Source: Eledone cirrhosa (taxonomy: Eukaryota). Taken from it: DNA of 64,000 nucleotides. This document shows, one piece after another, positions 27,410-41,599 of this stretch; the stretch's first letter is position 1, and each line of letters starts with the position of its first letter. The notes under the pieces were generated by a model, which had not been told where the DNA came from, searched no databases, and was given only the letters and a program-made list of their open reading frames with translations. A program made the translations under genes and the position numbers. The DNA lies in NCBI GenBank assembly GCA_964016885.1, contig OZ024740.1:293198001-293262000 (forward strand). The letters are read 5' to 3'.

Positions 27410-27565
27410 CGCCATGCTTTGCAGCAAAGAGTTTCGGCCCTTTATGGTCTGAGTTCAAATCCCGCCGAGGTTAACATTGCTTTTCATCCTTACGGGGGTC
27501 GATAATATAAAGTGCCAGTAATACACTGGTTTAATTTCTGGCCTTGTGCCAAAAGTAGAAACAAT
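27410..27565 (+). mobile_element. Meta-core SINE, 5' truncated
   Basis: gagttcaaatcccgccgaggttaac..tcatccttacgggggtcgata. Confidence 0.85.
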
Positions 27566-27598
<33 letters not shown>

Positions 27599-27989
27599 AT
27601 ATATATATGCTTGTGTGTGTGTCTATAAATGTATGTTTGATTTAGTAGAATGTACAACCACTGATTCCAGCTATTTGCACTATCGTATATTTCGGTTTCT
27701 AGTAATTCCCCGGGGAATTTGGTTGACCAAACGTTTTGCTTCATTTTTTATTTATTTAAAAAAAAATGTTATTCTTTCTCTTAGCCTTCAGGTATTTTTT
27801 GAAAGCAAAGCATTGGCCCCTTAAATATTACAGTGGGCCCTGTAATGCTTCTATTGGCCCCTCGGTGCCAACTTGCCATTGGGCAACCTGATAACCTGGC
27901 CAGTCCGCCACTGCATATATATATATATATATAACTGTTTCTATATAACACTGTCCCGATTGGTTTGAGATATTTGCTGCTATAACTAC

Positions 27990-28500
27990 GAAAGGGAGGG
28001 AGTCTATACTACCAACATGAATTATTCCAGCCCCGGCAGTAACGACAACTTCGACAACAATAATAAATCTATTAAGTGAAATAATAACAGTAATAATATT
28101 AACGAGGTCGATAATACAAACAATATTAACTCTATCAACAATAATACTAAGAGCCCTATCAATAACCACAACAACCATATCTCCGAGAACAATATTGATA
28201 GCATCCACCATAACGAAGACACCAATTATTATGGCATTAACCACAATTACAGCAGCAGCACCAGCAACTGCAGCAGCAACACCAGCAACCAACTGCAGCA
28301 GCAGCACCACATCAGCAACATTAGCAATCTTTACGACGCTGACTACGTTTACTTGTAAAAGACAAACGAAGACAATAATATGGAAATCAATAAGAATAAC
28401 ATCACCGCAACCACCATCACCACCATCGCAACATCCATAACAACAACACGTAATATTTGTAATAACTGCAACGACAACAATGTCAATGGCATTGAATGAC
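27990..28500. repeat. Degenerate trinucleotide low-complexity tract (AAC/AGC/ACC/AAT)
   Basis: Direct observation. Confidence 0.8.
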
Positions 28501-29034
28501 AAGCTTGTTCTTGGTATCATAGGTTTTAGTATCATACCAGATTTGGGTGTATGTTTACAGTTGAGGTATATTTTGAATATCTATTGCTTACAATTGATAG
28601 CTAGCTCGGATTTCGTAATTATCAGGGGACAATTAACAAAAATGGTAGGTTATTGATCTTTCTAAATATTCTCTGCTGAAATAGTACGGGGGTCGCATAT
28701 GACAAAGAAGACTAAATGCCATAAAACACGGTATTTCTCAGTTTCAACCATCTCCGAACTTAAGTGGCACAGCTTTCTATAGAGCAAACACCCACCCCGT
28801 CCCCACACAAACTCACTCACATCCGTATATATATATATATATATATAAAATTACAAAATATGAGGAAATAATAGACAAAAATATACCTATTTTTTCTTCA
28901 AAGTCTCGACTACAGTTTCGCGGATCCGTGTACAACACTTTGCACTATAAAAATGCATCATTGCTGTGAGGTTGATACAGCTTACCAAAAGATCCCTCAG
29001 AAAAAAAAGAACTGTTTCCTGACGCGTTCTTAGC

Positions 29035-29098
<64 letters not shown>

Positions 29099-29127
29099 CT
29101 CTCTCTCTCTCACACACACACACACTT

Positions 29128-29160
<33 letters not shown>

Positions 29161-29288
29161 ATGTATTCATGCATGGAGATGTTAAAAAATAGATTGTAAA
29201 ATATGGTGAAGACCCTTTAATGGCGTTGCTATGTGGAATCGAACCTGACATCTTCCATATATTCGGTAGGTGCTCATATATATATATA

Positions 29289-29476
29289 TAGGAAAATGTT
29301 CAAGACCCCGACGGCAGAGCTCCAGCCGTTGGAGTCCAGAAAAAGCCGTCGAAACGGCTCGAGCTCTGCCGTCGGGGTCTTGAACGTTTTCCTATTACCC
29401 ACTCTACTACCCTAAGTATTGAGTACTCTGGTGCGTTATGGTCCACCTGGTTCCGTACCACACTTCCTTCGTTTTC
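29289..29476. mobile_element. Family G foldback mini-element
   Basis: Inverted arms of gaccccgacggcagagctc; (TA)n flanks. Confidence 0.85.
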
Positions 29477-30884
29477 GTTTTATATATATATATATATATA
29501 TAATTATAATTGAACACAAAAGAAAAACGAACACAGATATATACATATATGTGTTCAAATCGTAAGGGACCAGATTCGCTAAGGTCAGTTAGTATTCTTT
29601 TCGCCATCTTTGGGGTGAGTAAATAAAAAAATAAGGCCAAGTGCAGTCCAAGATATACTATGGCTATAGAAAAAGATGAGATAGTCAAGGTTGGCACAGT
29701 TTCGATATTATATCTGGAATAAAAACAACAACAATAATTTCCCTTTACCTGGTCGCTTAACCGGTTGGAAGGAGCAGCTAAATCTCTCTCGAATTCCCAA
29801 GCAACTACTTCAAAAATTACATTCAAGAATATAGTCGCTGTTACGGCTATGACACTTTCTATCAATCTCCCAATCAATCACATTTGACACCAACAACTAT
29901 ATCAATAATTTAGTCATGTGGCTAAACAACAAAGAGCAACAATATCAACAGCCTCAACTAAAAGTCTACAATCCTTGTGAGTAATTCGAATGCTCTCATT
30001 TGCTTTTATAATTCCTTTTGCTCAATAATTAGCATTCATCTATTGCAATTTATCATTGGCAGACTACAAGATTACAACCTACTACTGTAAGATAAAGAAA
30101 CACAGGACAAGTATGATATGATAATAGTCTTATGGACAAATAAGAACGTCTCTATATAGTTTCTTGATTTGCATACCAATGTCCCTTACCACATACAATC
30201 ATCTTTAATAAAAAGAAAAAGCTATGTTTGACAACGGGATTCTCTATACATCATGGCTGTCCGAATAGAAAAGGCAGGATGGTCATGGCAGTATTGCGTT
30301 TAAAGCAGATCCTAATCGGTCAGGGCATACAGCTAATTGGTCAGGGCATACAACTGACTGAAGAAATTACAGTTTCACTAAAATTGATAAAACTGGGAAA
30401 GCCTCTATGGTGACGTTGGAACTGCTATGCATAATAGTCAAATAGCTCTCAATTCTGAAATAAGCACATGTAATCCCTTATATACAAATCGGTAGGATAG
30501 TTATGAGTAGAAAATATTTTAGCGTAGGTAGGTTCAGTGCTGACCTCCTAAAAGGAGCAGCCAAATATTAAAGAAAAAACAACATACCTTAAATTTAGAA
30601 GGATAAATTAGTCGGACAATGGGGTCCTATACACTCATCGAGACCAGTGACTGTTGAACAGCCTTTGCAAGCAAACAGCCTCATCAACACCACTGAAACA
30701 AACGGATAAGGTTGTCATCTAACATGTGGTGTTTATGAGGCTGTTTACCAGCAAACAAACCGAATACTAATAACATTATTATATTATTAAATCATTATTA
30801 TTTATTCACGAATACATATAGTTATCTACCATGATAAGGGCGAAAACAAATCTATATATTCACACACGTATATATATATGATAT

Positions 30885-31780
30885 ATACCTGATACTCAAA
30901 GACTTAGCAATGTCCAGTAGTGCTAAGTTTAATATTCTGATCGCAGACTTGGTACGAGTGATGAAGAACGTGTCTCGCATGTGCGACCCAACAGAAATGG
31001 AAATACACATCCAACACTTCATCAACCGCATGCAGTTCTCTGGCTACAACCAAAGAGACAGAATCAGAGTATACGAAGAAGCCATGGAGAAGTATAAGAC
31101 CCTCATAGAACTGGATATGAAAGGAATTTGCCCATTATACAGGAGAAAATCATGGAATAGCTTAGATATGACTAGACCTAAGATAGGGAAAGCCACCTCA
31201 TGGTACGACAACCAGAGATACCAGAGTGTCATGTTCGTGGATGCTACCCCTGGAGGGAAATTAGCTAACCAGTGTAGAAAGGCCCTGAGAAAGACCCACT
31301 TAAAGATTAAGGTGGTAGAAAAGCCAGGAACCACCATAAAATCCCTGATCAGCAAAACCTTTCCTTTTTAAGAAAACCCACTGTAATAATAGGAAATGTA
31401 TCATATGTAAGGTAAATCCCCGGATAAACTGTAAAACTAGAAACGTAGTCTATAGCATAAGATGTACAGAGGGTACTTGCAGAAACACGACAACAACATA
31501 GATAGGCGAGACAGCTCGTAGCATAGGTGAAAAGATAGATCAACACTGGGGGGAACTAAAAGGACGAAAAAACGGTTCAGTACTATACGAACATGCCAGA
31601 CAACAACACGACGGTAACATAGACAAAATAGAAATTAGACTAATATCTAAACATAGAAATGACCCAGCAGATAGGCAAATCAGAGAGGCCAGTGAAATAG
31701 TACTTAGAAGGCCAAGGCTAAACAGAAACAATGAATGGAATAACAACATCCAAACAAACAACACTGACCTAAGTGAAGTA

Positions 31781-31815
<35 letters not shown>

Positions 31816-32308
31816 ATAGATAAATAAATAAATACATACACAAGCACAATAACAAAAAACACATATAAACACACACTAGTAAACTAAGATAGAATACAAT
31901 AACCAATACACAGTCACCCAAACACGAACACACATCAAACAAAACACTATATACACACGCAAACGCATGCGCAGAGAAGACAACAAAATAAACATATAAA
32001 TAAATAAATAAACAGACTAAATAAAGATGGCGTAGGCATACGATGCAACGGGAGGAAACATAATAGCACCACTGACGATGTTGCAGATGTGCAACGAAAG
32101 AACTTTGATAGACTATATATATATGTGTTTGTGTCTATATTGTATCTGTATTTTTGACCGTTGGTCAGTCAATGGTAACATTGAGGACCGAATAAATTAA
32201 ATTAACCGATATAAAGGACACAGAAGCGAAAACCAACCAAACAGTGAGTGTGTTCTGTTATTAATTCTGGCAATATTATTACACAAATATGACCCTCCCC
32301 AAGTAAAA
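30885..32308 (+). mobile_element. 5'-truncated Neptune-like PLE (thumb, Cys-rich linker, GIY-YIG, pLTR); frameshifted
   Basis: ILIADLVRVMKNVS..MQFSGY..VMFVDATPGG, CNNRKCIIC..NCKTRNVVY..YIGETARS..H; HHR-like CTGACGA-tgttgca..tgcaac-GAAA near 32072. Confidence 0.9.
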
Positions 32309-32332
32309 CAATATATATATATATATATAATA

Positions 32333-32828
32333 TATAAGATCAAAAGATGGTTAAAAGAATTCCATGTATTTTATTATGCGCATTTCAAAAACAAATATCA
32401 TCATACAATAACATTTGTGTTTTCATCAGATAAAATAGGAAGACATGATATGAAGGTTAAAAAGCACCTGTGAATAGTGCAGTTTTAAATCAACATATGA
32501 AAAGTAGTTTTAGATTGATGTGTGACATTGGGAAGAAAATTTTTGAGGGGGGGGGGTGAAAAAGAGGAGGAGATGAGAGTAAAAAGTGGAGGGGGAGGAG
32601 TATAATGAGGAAGGATGAGATAGGAGGAGAAATGGGTGATAGAGAGAGAGAGATAGCTTTTATAACTGAGAAAAATATATTGTTTTACATAGAGAGGTTG
32701 AAATGCACATAATAAAATACATGGAACTCTTTTAACCATCTTTTGATCTTATATATTATGTATACTCCAGTCCTACAAACTGTAGAGTGCTTCTTATCCG
32801 ATATCTGCATTGCTTTATTGTACTACAA
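32333..32828. mobile_element. Second family B element with inverted ends
   Basis: Minus-strand HHR at 32367-32437 (CTGATGA..GAAA-tgcgca-TA). The right arm starts at gaaatgcaca (32700) and has the same tail as 9905-10050. Confidence 0.8.
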
Positions 32829-32842
32829 TAAAACTCACCTCC

Positions 32843-32890
<48 letters not shown>

Positions 32891-32894
<4 letters not shown>

Positions 32895-33200
32895 TAAAAG
32901 GAAAAGAAAATGCTGACAAATTGTTCCCAGTGAAAAATAGTTTAATTAGGAATAAGTAAAAATTAGTAATAGTATTGGTTAGTATTCAGTTTTGGTTTTA
33001 AGTTTTACCGGTTGCGCATTTCTAATGCTTTTCAAAAATAATTTTGAGATAGAGCGCCCGTGATGTTTGCTCTAATCTGATTACTTTTGGAAATTCAACC
33101 TGTTTTATGTAAAAAAAAGTGGCTCCAGATGTATGAAAAAATTCTTGTGGTCAAAACAATTTTGATTGGTCGGTAGAGCTCATGTGAATGTTAAAAATTT
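32891..33200 (-). repeat. Family M pLTR-like remnant with a variant hammerhead at 33003-33038
   Basis: Minus strand TTGAAAA-gcat-tagaa-atgc-GCAA-ccgg-TA; matches 55610-55997. Confidence 0.65.
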
Positions 33201-33603
33201 AATTTGCGCTAAATGTAGGCTTGTCTCGGCTGATTGAGAAGTCACTGAAAAATAAGTGTTTCAAAACAAATATGTGTGTGTGTGTAGTAGTAGTAGTAGT
33301 AGTAGTAAAGAGGTTCGTTGTTGTGATAATGGTCAGCAGGGATGTGTGTGCGAACCGCAGCCTGTTGACAGTTCAAATGCCTATTAAGACAAGTGTGTGT
33401 GTGTGTCTGTGTGTGTGTGTGTGTGTAGCAGAGTAATTCGTGGTAGAGGGATGGTCAGTAGGAATGTGTCTGTACGTGTGTGGGGGATATTTTAACATGT
33501 TAAAAGATATTTTTCAGCTCTTGTCTTATACGGAGAAGTGTGTGTGTATATATGTCTCTTTGTATGTTAATGTACGCGTGTGTATGTGTGTGTGTATATA
33601 TGT

Positions 33604-33724
<121 letters not shown>

Positions 33725-33856
33725 TGTGAGAATGTGTGTGTGTGTGGGTGGACCAGTATTTTTGTGATACTGGTAAAAATGGTGTACATTATTCGATATT
33801 TTCAGTAAAAACGATTCTCTCAATAGAACATTAAATGCACACATATACACGCACTC

Positions 33857-33938
<82 letters not shown>

Positions 33939-34007
33939 GAGTGCGTGTATATGTGTGCATGTACATGTTTTCAACTTGTACAAAAATCCCTACGGATAAT
34001 TGACATT

Positions 34008-34049
<42 letters not shown>

Positions 34050-34109
34050 TATATTATTTGTTTGTTAAAATAATCAAATTAAATTAATTCAACAGTTAAA
34101 CACACATAC

Positions 34110-34620
34110 GAATAATAAAGTTGTTACCAAAAAGCCAGAAGTGGACCCTAAATATGACTAATATCTCTAGGAAAGCAATTAATGACACATACATTATTTT
34201 AACTTTGATTTTGAAAGTAGGTTTATACTTATTAATTTTCATTATGCCTCTGTAGCTGTCACGGCGGCCTAGTTGAAGGAATCATAAGCGGTGGTGATCC
34301 TGGGCGATGTTCGATCCTGGTCGGAAGTAGGGTTCCCGTTAAAATTTTCAGGTTTTTTTTTTATGGGATGTAAAATAAAAACTGAAACAGCTTACATGTA
34401 CCTCTCGACCAGGATTGAACCTAAGACCAGGATCTCATCGTCTCTAGTACCTACCACTAGTCCACTGAGACAACTACGAAAATCGTATGAAAATTCATAA
34501 TTATAAACCTACTTTCAAAATTTTCAATACAAAATGATGTAGTGTCGTTCATGTCTTTCTTAATGTTATTGCTCCTACTTAAGATCGACTTCTAAATTAT
34601 TTGGGTGTTCCATAAACTTC
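34110..34620. repeat. Diverged inverted repeat in which each arm contains a tRNA-like head
   Basis: Arms about 34110-34350 and 34375-34620; B boxes gttcgatcc (+) and gttcaatcc (-); shared ttttgaaagtaggtttata upstream. Confidence 0.65.
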
Positions 34621-34866
34621 ATCCTCGTTTTGTTTCACATCTATCTAGACTATATTTTAACCTGTAATCAATGTTTCATTTCTGTTGCACCTCATCCCCC
34701 CCCCCCTCCTCCTCCCCCTCGTCCTCGCTCTCTCTCTCTTTCTCTCTGTGATATTCGAATCTACTATTATCTGGACTTACCTTATTCATATATATATATG
34801 TCTTCGCATGTCAGTTAGATTCAAACTTACAATGATTTGCATTATATATATATATATAATATTTGC

Positions 34867-34920
<54 letters not shown>

Positions 34921-34925
<5 letters not shown>

Positions 34926-35259
34926 ATAATAATAGTAATAATAATAGTAATAATAATAAATTTGAAGACAAAATCCAGAGAGGGCTCGATAAGGATAAAT
35001 ATATATCAAATATATAAGAACCGTAGATCAAATATTTATTAAATTAACAGATTAAAGTTTAAGCAAAGAATCGCTGCTTTCACCCTTAATGGTTTCAGAA
35101 GATCCCGTTAAGGGTGAAAGCAGCGATTCTTTGCTTAAACTTTAATCTGTTAATTTAATAAATATTTGATCTACGGTTCTTATATATTTTATATATATTT
35201 ATCCTTATCGAGTCCTCTCTGGATTTTGTCTTCAAATTTATTATTATTACTATTATTAT

Positions 35260-35263
<4 letters not shown>
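34921..35263. mobile_element. Family H foldback mini-element
   Basis: Near-perfect arms 34921-35089 and 35108-35263; HHR-like motif at 35091-35141. Confidence 0.8.
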
Positions 35264-35317
<54 letters not shown>

Positions 35318-35400
35318 CTTTCATAACTTTGATAGGTTTCGGCCAGTATTGGCCCAGGCCATGTATAACTTAATAGCACCACCTGACGAAGTCTTATAAA

Positions 35401-38391
35401 TTAGTATTTGGGCACCATGGCCCACTCGAGCAGAGAGTTATTGTTTACGGGGGCATATCCGGGTGCAGGAGGCTTATCCGAGATTTCTTGAAGGAATTTG
35501 TCCAAAGACTTCTTGAACTTGATGGGATCTGTTTCTGCTTTGATGTGTTTTGGTGTAATGTTAAAGAGAGCAGGGCCAATTGAGGTGAAATAATTGTGCC
35601 GCATTGTTGTTATGAGATGCGAGTGAGATGTTTGTCGTAGGCGGATAGCACGGGCCCAAGCCTTGGGTGTTCATTAAAGGTGATGCCAACATCATTTGGG
35701 CAAAGCTGATGGAATATTTTCCACATCATGCAGATAATGTAGCGCGCACGGCGACGTTGGAGCGAATAAAGGTTGAGCTTTTCTAATCGACTCCAATAGT
35801 CAAGGCCTCTCATGCCATCTATCTTTTTTGTAATTGACCTTTGGGGTGCTTCGACTTTCATGATACTTTGTTTCGTGTGGGGAGACCACAGTGGACAACT
35901 GTATTCAAGGTGGGGGTCGGGCAAAAGTGGAGAAGAGAAGGATAACAGTGTGGATATCTCTCAACTGTAAAGTTCTGAGAATCCAGGAACACATTCTGCG
36001 GGCCATATCAACTTTGCTGTTTATATGAGTGGCCCAGCTTATATTGTTGTCCACAATTACTCCCAGGTCTCTGATGTTATTGGATGCCACTAGAGTTTCA
36101 CCCGAAGGAAGAGAGTATGGTAGTTTCAGGGCATCCTTTTTTCCAAAGTGGATTAATTCAAACTTATCCACATTCAACATCATATTATTCTTTTCTGCCC
36201 ATTGGATAACAGCCAGTTGGTCTGACTGAAGGCAAGTCCTGTCACCCTTTGGAGCTTGGAATCATCTGCGAAGATTCTTCCGTAGCTGTGCTTGATGATG
36301 TCAGTAATGTCATTAATGTAGATGATGAAAAGAAGTGGGCCCAACACAGTGCCTTGTGGGACGCCACTGCTGACTTTGGCAGGGCTTGATTTTACTCCTT
36401 CGACTACAACATGTTGGGTTCTGTCTGTCAGGAAACATTTGATCCACTGTAGTAACTTTCCAGAGACACCAATATTGGATATTTTTTCAGTAGAATCTTA
36501 TGATCAACCTTGTCAAAGGCCTTGCTGAAATCAAGGTAGATGACATCAGTGTTGGAGTCCTCTCCCAAGGCTCTCAAAACATCGTCAAAGTGATGCAGGA
36601 ACTGCGTTAGGCAGTCCCTTCTATTACGGAAACCATGTTGGTTGGAGTTCAGCAGGCCGTTGCTTTGAAGAAAGTGGGTTATTCGTGATCTCGCCATCCT
36701 CTCAAATACCTTGATAATATGAGAGGTGAGTGAGACGATAGTTCACTGCAAGGGACTTATTTCCCTTTTTGAAAACTGGGACAACGGACTGGGACAGGAA
36801 GTTTTCAGGAATATAGCCAGCATCCAGTGAGTTCCTCCACAGATTAGCAAGAGGAGATGCAAGTTGGTGTCGATACACCTTCAGGACACAAGCAGGGAAC
36901 CTGTCGGGGCCTACTGCAGAAGTGTTTTTAATTTAGTTTATTGCCGCTAAGTCATCAGGGGCGCCAAACGTTATGTCTGATATACGGTAGTGTGTTGGGG
37001 ATTAACATCACTGATACAGCCCAGATCGGCCATATCAGGATTGCTGAAAACAGAGGAGTATTGTTTCTGCAGTATCTCGCCCATGGTTTTGGTATTATCT
37101 TGGAATGTACCATTTTCATCAACTAGAGGTCCAACAGTAGAGACGGTGACCTTGTGTTTTTTAGCGAATGAAAAGAACACTTTGGGGTTGAGTTTGATTT
37201 TCTCAATGGCCCACCGCTCTTCAGCTATTCCCTGGTTATTGATGATGGTCATCATGCATTGCTGGAGGTCATTTTTTTTGTATTCAAGCAGTGTGATAGC
37301 CATCGAATGTGTGTGTTGCTGTTGGCAGTATTTTAGTGTGTTGATTTTTTTGTTTGTTATTTTTATTTTTCTGATAATTGTTTTTCTGTTTTGGGGGATA
37401 CTGCACTTGGTTTTGTTCACAGGTTTTGGTGGAGTGTGTTTTGTACATATATTTGTGACAGTGTCTACAAAGATCTGCCAAGATGTTTTTATGTTGGTGG
37501 AAATGTGTGCGTGTGTAAAAGACCAGTCAACATGTGATAGTTCGTTCATAATTGCATCCCAGTTGGCATTGTAGAGATCCATGTTATCAAATGGCTGGGC
37601 TGGAATCTCAGGTGGTGGAATCTCAGGTTACAAAGAGCCATGTCATGGTCTGAGAGAAGGGTTTTTTCCACTGTAATATTATGGATAGTGTTAGTGTGGT
37701 TACTAAACACTAGATCCAGAATGTTCTTCTGATGCCTTGTTGGTGCAAGGACAAGTTGGGACAAGAAAAGCTCATTCATGAAGTCAAGAAGTGACCCGAC
37801 TGCTTCTTTGTTAGTGGTAGAGGTTGGGGAGCCTGGTTTCAAACTGCATGTAGACCAATCGACACAGGGTAGATTAAAGTCTCCCATCAAAAGTATGTTG
37901 CTAGAATGGCATTGTTTAATAAAGCATTTAATACAGTTGAGGCATTCTTTGAAGCAGATTATGGGTGTTTGTGGTGGTGGCCTATAGAGCCCAACTAATG
38001 TCAGGTCATTGGCTTTATTGTGCACAGTGACTAATTCACAGTAGCCATTGGGGAATGTTGTGTTACTATCTGATGTAAAGGAATCATGCAGGAAAATGGC
38101 AGTTCCACCCTTCCTTCTGCCAACACGATCCGCATGGATGGTTGTGAAATTCCTCACTCTTACTTCGGCCTCCAAGTGGGAGTTGTCAAGGTGGGTCTCA
38201 GTAAGAATGAAGAAGGGGATGTGAAATGGATGGTTGCCAACCCAATCCTCAATGAATTGGATCTTCCATTTCTGTGCATTGATGGATGGGCTGATACCTT
38301 GTGTATTGAGTAAAAATGTGGAGGCTAGTGTGGTGGCTGGTTTTGACTGTTGCAGGGGACTTGTTTTGAGATTGTGTGTTAGTGACAGCAA
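35401..38391 (-). pseudogene. LINE ORF2 (APE endonuclease + RT), multiple frameshifts
   Basis: LTETHL, GLYRPP, MGDFNLP, LDLVF, SDH, QHGFR, YLDFSKAFDKVDH, SGVPQGTVLGPLLF, FADD, DLGVIVD, HLEYSCPLWSP, LYSLQRRR. Confidence 0.93.
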
Positions 38392-38449
38392 GGATGCTGT
38401 TGGGTGATGGGTAAAATGTTTTTCTGTGTCTCTTTTGCCAGGTTCATGG

Positions 38450-39494
38450 CTAAAAAAGAAAAATGTTCTTGTTCAGGGAGCAGTTTTTGATTGGATTTGT
38501 GGTTACACCATTGGATAGGGTTGCAGTTCCCTCTTTTGTTGTTGTATTTGTTGTAATTGTGTCTTTGTGAAAATACTGGAACAGCATTACTTTTGTTGTT
38601 GTTGTATTTGTTGTTGTTGTAATCGTGTCTTTGTGAAAAGACTGGAGCAGCATTACTGCAGCAGGGGGTGGCTTTATTGTGGTTTGTGTGTTGGCATGGA
38701 GCCCCTTTTCTGGTCGTGCGTTGAGTCCCAGGAAGATGAGTGAAGGGTCAGTCAGTCAGCACACATAGCCTCTCACGTTGGGAATGTTGGCAGATTTTGG
38801 GACTCCAGCTTATGCGGGTGGGCAGTGTGCTTTGGTGTTGCCTGGCAGTGTTAGTGCGCCTAGTACGCGGTAAATGGGTAAATATGCAGTCGCTACGTGT
38901 GCATAGCCTCTGACGTAGTGAGAAGCGGCATATTTTGGGGTTTCTAGTTTGTGTAGTGGGGGGTGCATACAGCTCCATAGATTTTTTTTTAAAGTTCTTT
39001 TAACTACAGCATGACTGTGGTGGTGATGTGGGGGAAGAAAGCAGTGTGGTGATGATGATGTTGATGACAACTGTGGTAGAGGCTGTTGATGTGGCAGAAG
39101 ATGGTGACAGTGGTGATGGTGATGGCGATAATGATGGCTGAGAGAGTGGTTGAGGGATACTGTCATTCAGTAACTCAGCTATTATGCTTGAATTCAGTAG
39201 TGGTGTCTCCTGATTTTCTGGCTGTTGTCGTTGTTGAGGCTGTTGTTGTTGTTGCTGTTGTTGTGTTTGTCCATTGGAGTAAATATGTCGAAGTTTTTCA
39301 AAATAGTTTTGAATTAGTTTGAAAGAGACTTCTACATGTTTTAGTTTGTTGTGTATCTGCTTAGCAGACCTTGTGTTGAATGTTTGAGCTGTTTTGTCAG
39401 CAATCTCATTCAGACCCGACGCGTTAATGTTTATTGTTTGTGACAGAGAAAACCATGTGTTTATTAAGAGGTCAATTTCATTATCAGTAGTCAT
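38450..39494 (-). pseudogene. LINE ORF1 (Gln/Ser/Thr-rich, with tandem CCCH-like fingers), disrupted
   Basis: Lies directly upstream of ORF2; KICRFSLRQRLCTRSDCIFTH and KICQHSQRERLCVLTD*PFTH. Confidence 0.7.
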
Positions 39495-39544
39495 ATTTTT
39501 TTTTCCTTGTGTGCATTTTTAGATATTTGATATTTGATATTTGA

Positions 39545-40121
39545 TACGTGAGTGAGACTTTGGTTATTTGAAAACTTTGGTTATTCTCTCTTATGGGTGT
39601 GGGTTTCGTTGTTTGAAGATGTTAATAGTTTTTGGTTATTTGGTTGTTTGAAGATATCCAAGGAAAAACGAGTGTATATAATAATTTGTAGTTAAGAAAA
39701 CTTACGAGTTTGTAGGAAAGGCATGTGTATTTGTATATACTTTTTTCCTTATGTGAGTGAGCCTTTGGTTATTTGAAGATATTAAAGTAGCGTATATATA
39801 TAGATATGTATTCTGTTTTATGGATGTGAGATTTGGTTATTAGATTGTTTGAGGTTATTAAAAGTTTTTGGTTATTTGGTTGTTTGAAGATATTAAGAGA
39901 AAAACGAGTGTATATAATAATCTGTAGTTAAGAAAACGTAGTTACGAGTTGGTAGGAAAAGCACGTGGTTACAAATATATATAAATATATATGTACGGTT
40001 TTTCTCTTAATATCTTCAAACAACCAAATGACCAAAAATTTTTAATAACCTCAAACCACCTAATAACCAAATTTCACATCCATGAAAGAGAATATATATC
40101 TATATATACGCTACTTTAATA
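39545..40121. repeat. Tandem ~240-bp repeats upstream of ORF1 plus an inverted copy
   Basis: tttggttatttggttgtttgaagata occurs twice; 39781-39912 is inverted at 39990-40121. Confidence 0.7.
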
Positions 40122-40175
40122 TATATATGTATATATATATATATATATATACATACATGCATACATGCATACATG

Positions 40176-40236
<61 letters not shown>

Positions 40237-40251
40237 ATCTGTATATATATA

Positions 40252-40471
40252 TAACGAAGGAATTGGGGTAAGGAACCAGATGGACCATAACGCACCAGAG
40301 TACTCAATACTTAGTGTAGTAGAGTGGGTAATAGGAAAAAGTATAACCCCGACGGCAGAGCTCAAGCCGTTTCGACAGCTATTTCTGGACTAATAGTGTG
40401 TGTTTCTGGACTAATAGTCCAGAAATAGCCGTCGAAACGGCTTGAGCTCTGCCGTCGGGGTCATACCTTTT

Positions 40472-40475
<4 letters not shown>
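40252..40475. mobile_element. Family G foldback mini-element
   Basis: Centre atttctggactaatagtccagaaat with a short internal duplication. Confidence 0.85.
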
Positions 40476-40537
<62 letters not shown>

Positions 40538-41402
40538 TTTGCATGTGTATATATATATATATTTTATAAACATATATGTCTGTTTGTGTGTGTATGTGTA
40601 TGTGCACGCCGCGCATATGTGTATGTTTAAGTGAGGTACTGAATATGTTAACAGATCAAATTAAAATCTAATCTATATACAGGTAAACGAAATCCCGAGT
40701 AATATATTGTTCTTATTTATATTCATAGTTCATAGGAATGTAAAGGAAATGAAAAGAGTCAATTAGATATATTCTTCGCGATTTCCGTAGTAAATAAACT
40801 ATAAAGGGATACGTAATTTTAGGTCAAGAAAAGAAATCGATATACGCCATTGTTGTAATTTATGTACATATTATAAAGGACATGGAGAGAAATCTATAAA
40901 CTGCTGTAATTTATGTACATATTGTAAAAAAATAATAAAAGGGATACTTCATTTTAAACCACGAAAGGAAATGTATAAACCTAAATCTTATGATTTATGT
41001 ACACATTGTAATAAAATGGTGACTGTGTCTGTTTAGTCCATGAATATTCTGCTAAACGGAAATATTCATTCATTGAAGTATAGTAGGAGTCAATACGATA
41101 ACAATACACTCTTGAACATTTAACGTATTTTTGACATACTCAGCAAGAAACTAAAGACGTTAAGGCTGTACTTTTGAATTATCGCTATAGATTATGGAGG
41201 TCCTTCAGGTTTTATCATGTTATAAATTGTTTCCAATAGAGAGAAATTCGCTCTCTAATAGACACAAGACACATTTGTTGGAATGTAGACATTAACTAGG
41301 TAAATAAGTATGTATGTATGTATGTATGTATGTATATATGTATGCATGTATATGCAGTTATATATAGATACACACACAGACGCATAAATATATAAACACT
41401 GG

Positions 41403-41468
<66 letters not shown>

Positions 41469-41599
41469 CCAGAATTAGCCGTCGAAACGGCTTGAGCTCC
41501 GTCGGGGTCCTACTCGTTCCTATTACCCACTCTACTACCCTAAGTATTGAGTACTTTGGTGAGTTATGGTCCACCTGGTTCCTTACCACATTTCCTTCG

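Larger units (their letters stand above)
35316..39500 (-). mobile_element. Near full-length CR1-clade LINE, decayed
   Basis: ORF1 followed by ORF2 (APE + RT) and a short 3' UTR ending next to (TA)n. Confidence 0.92.

Noticed and set aside
27805-27915. hAT-like terminus cagtggcggactgg on -
   Set aside because: Only one end is seen and there is no TSD.
27828-28535. 235-aa hydrophobic ORF resembling a membrane protein
   Set aside because: It is the reverse read of a trinucleotide low-complexity tract, with no domain motif or exon context.
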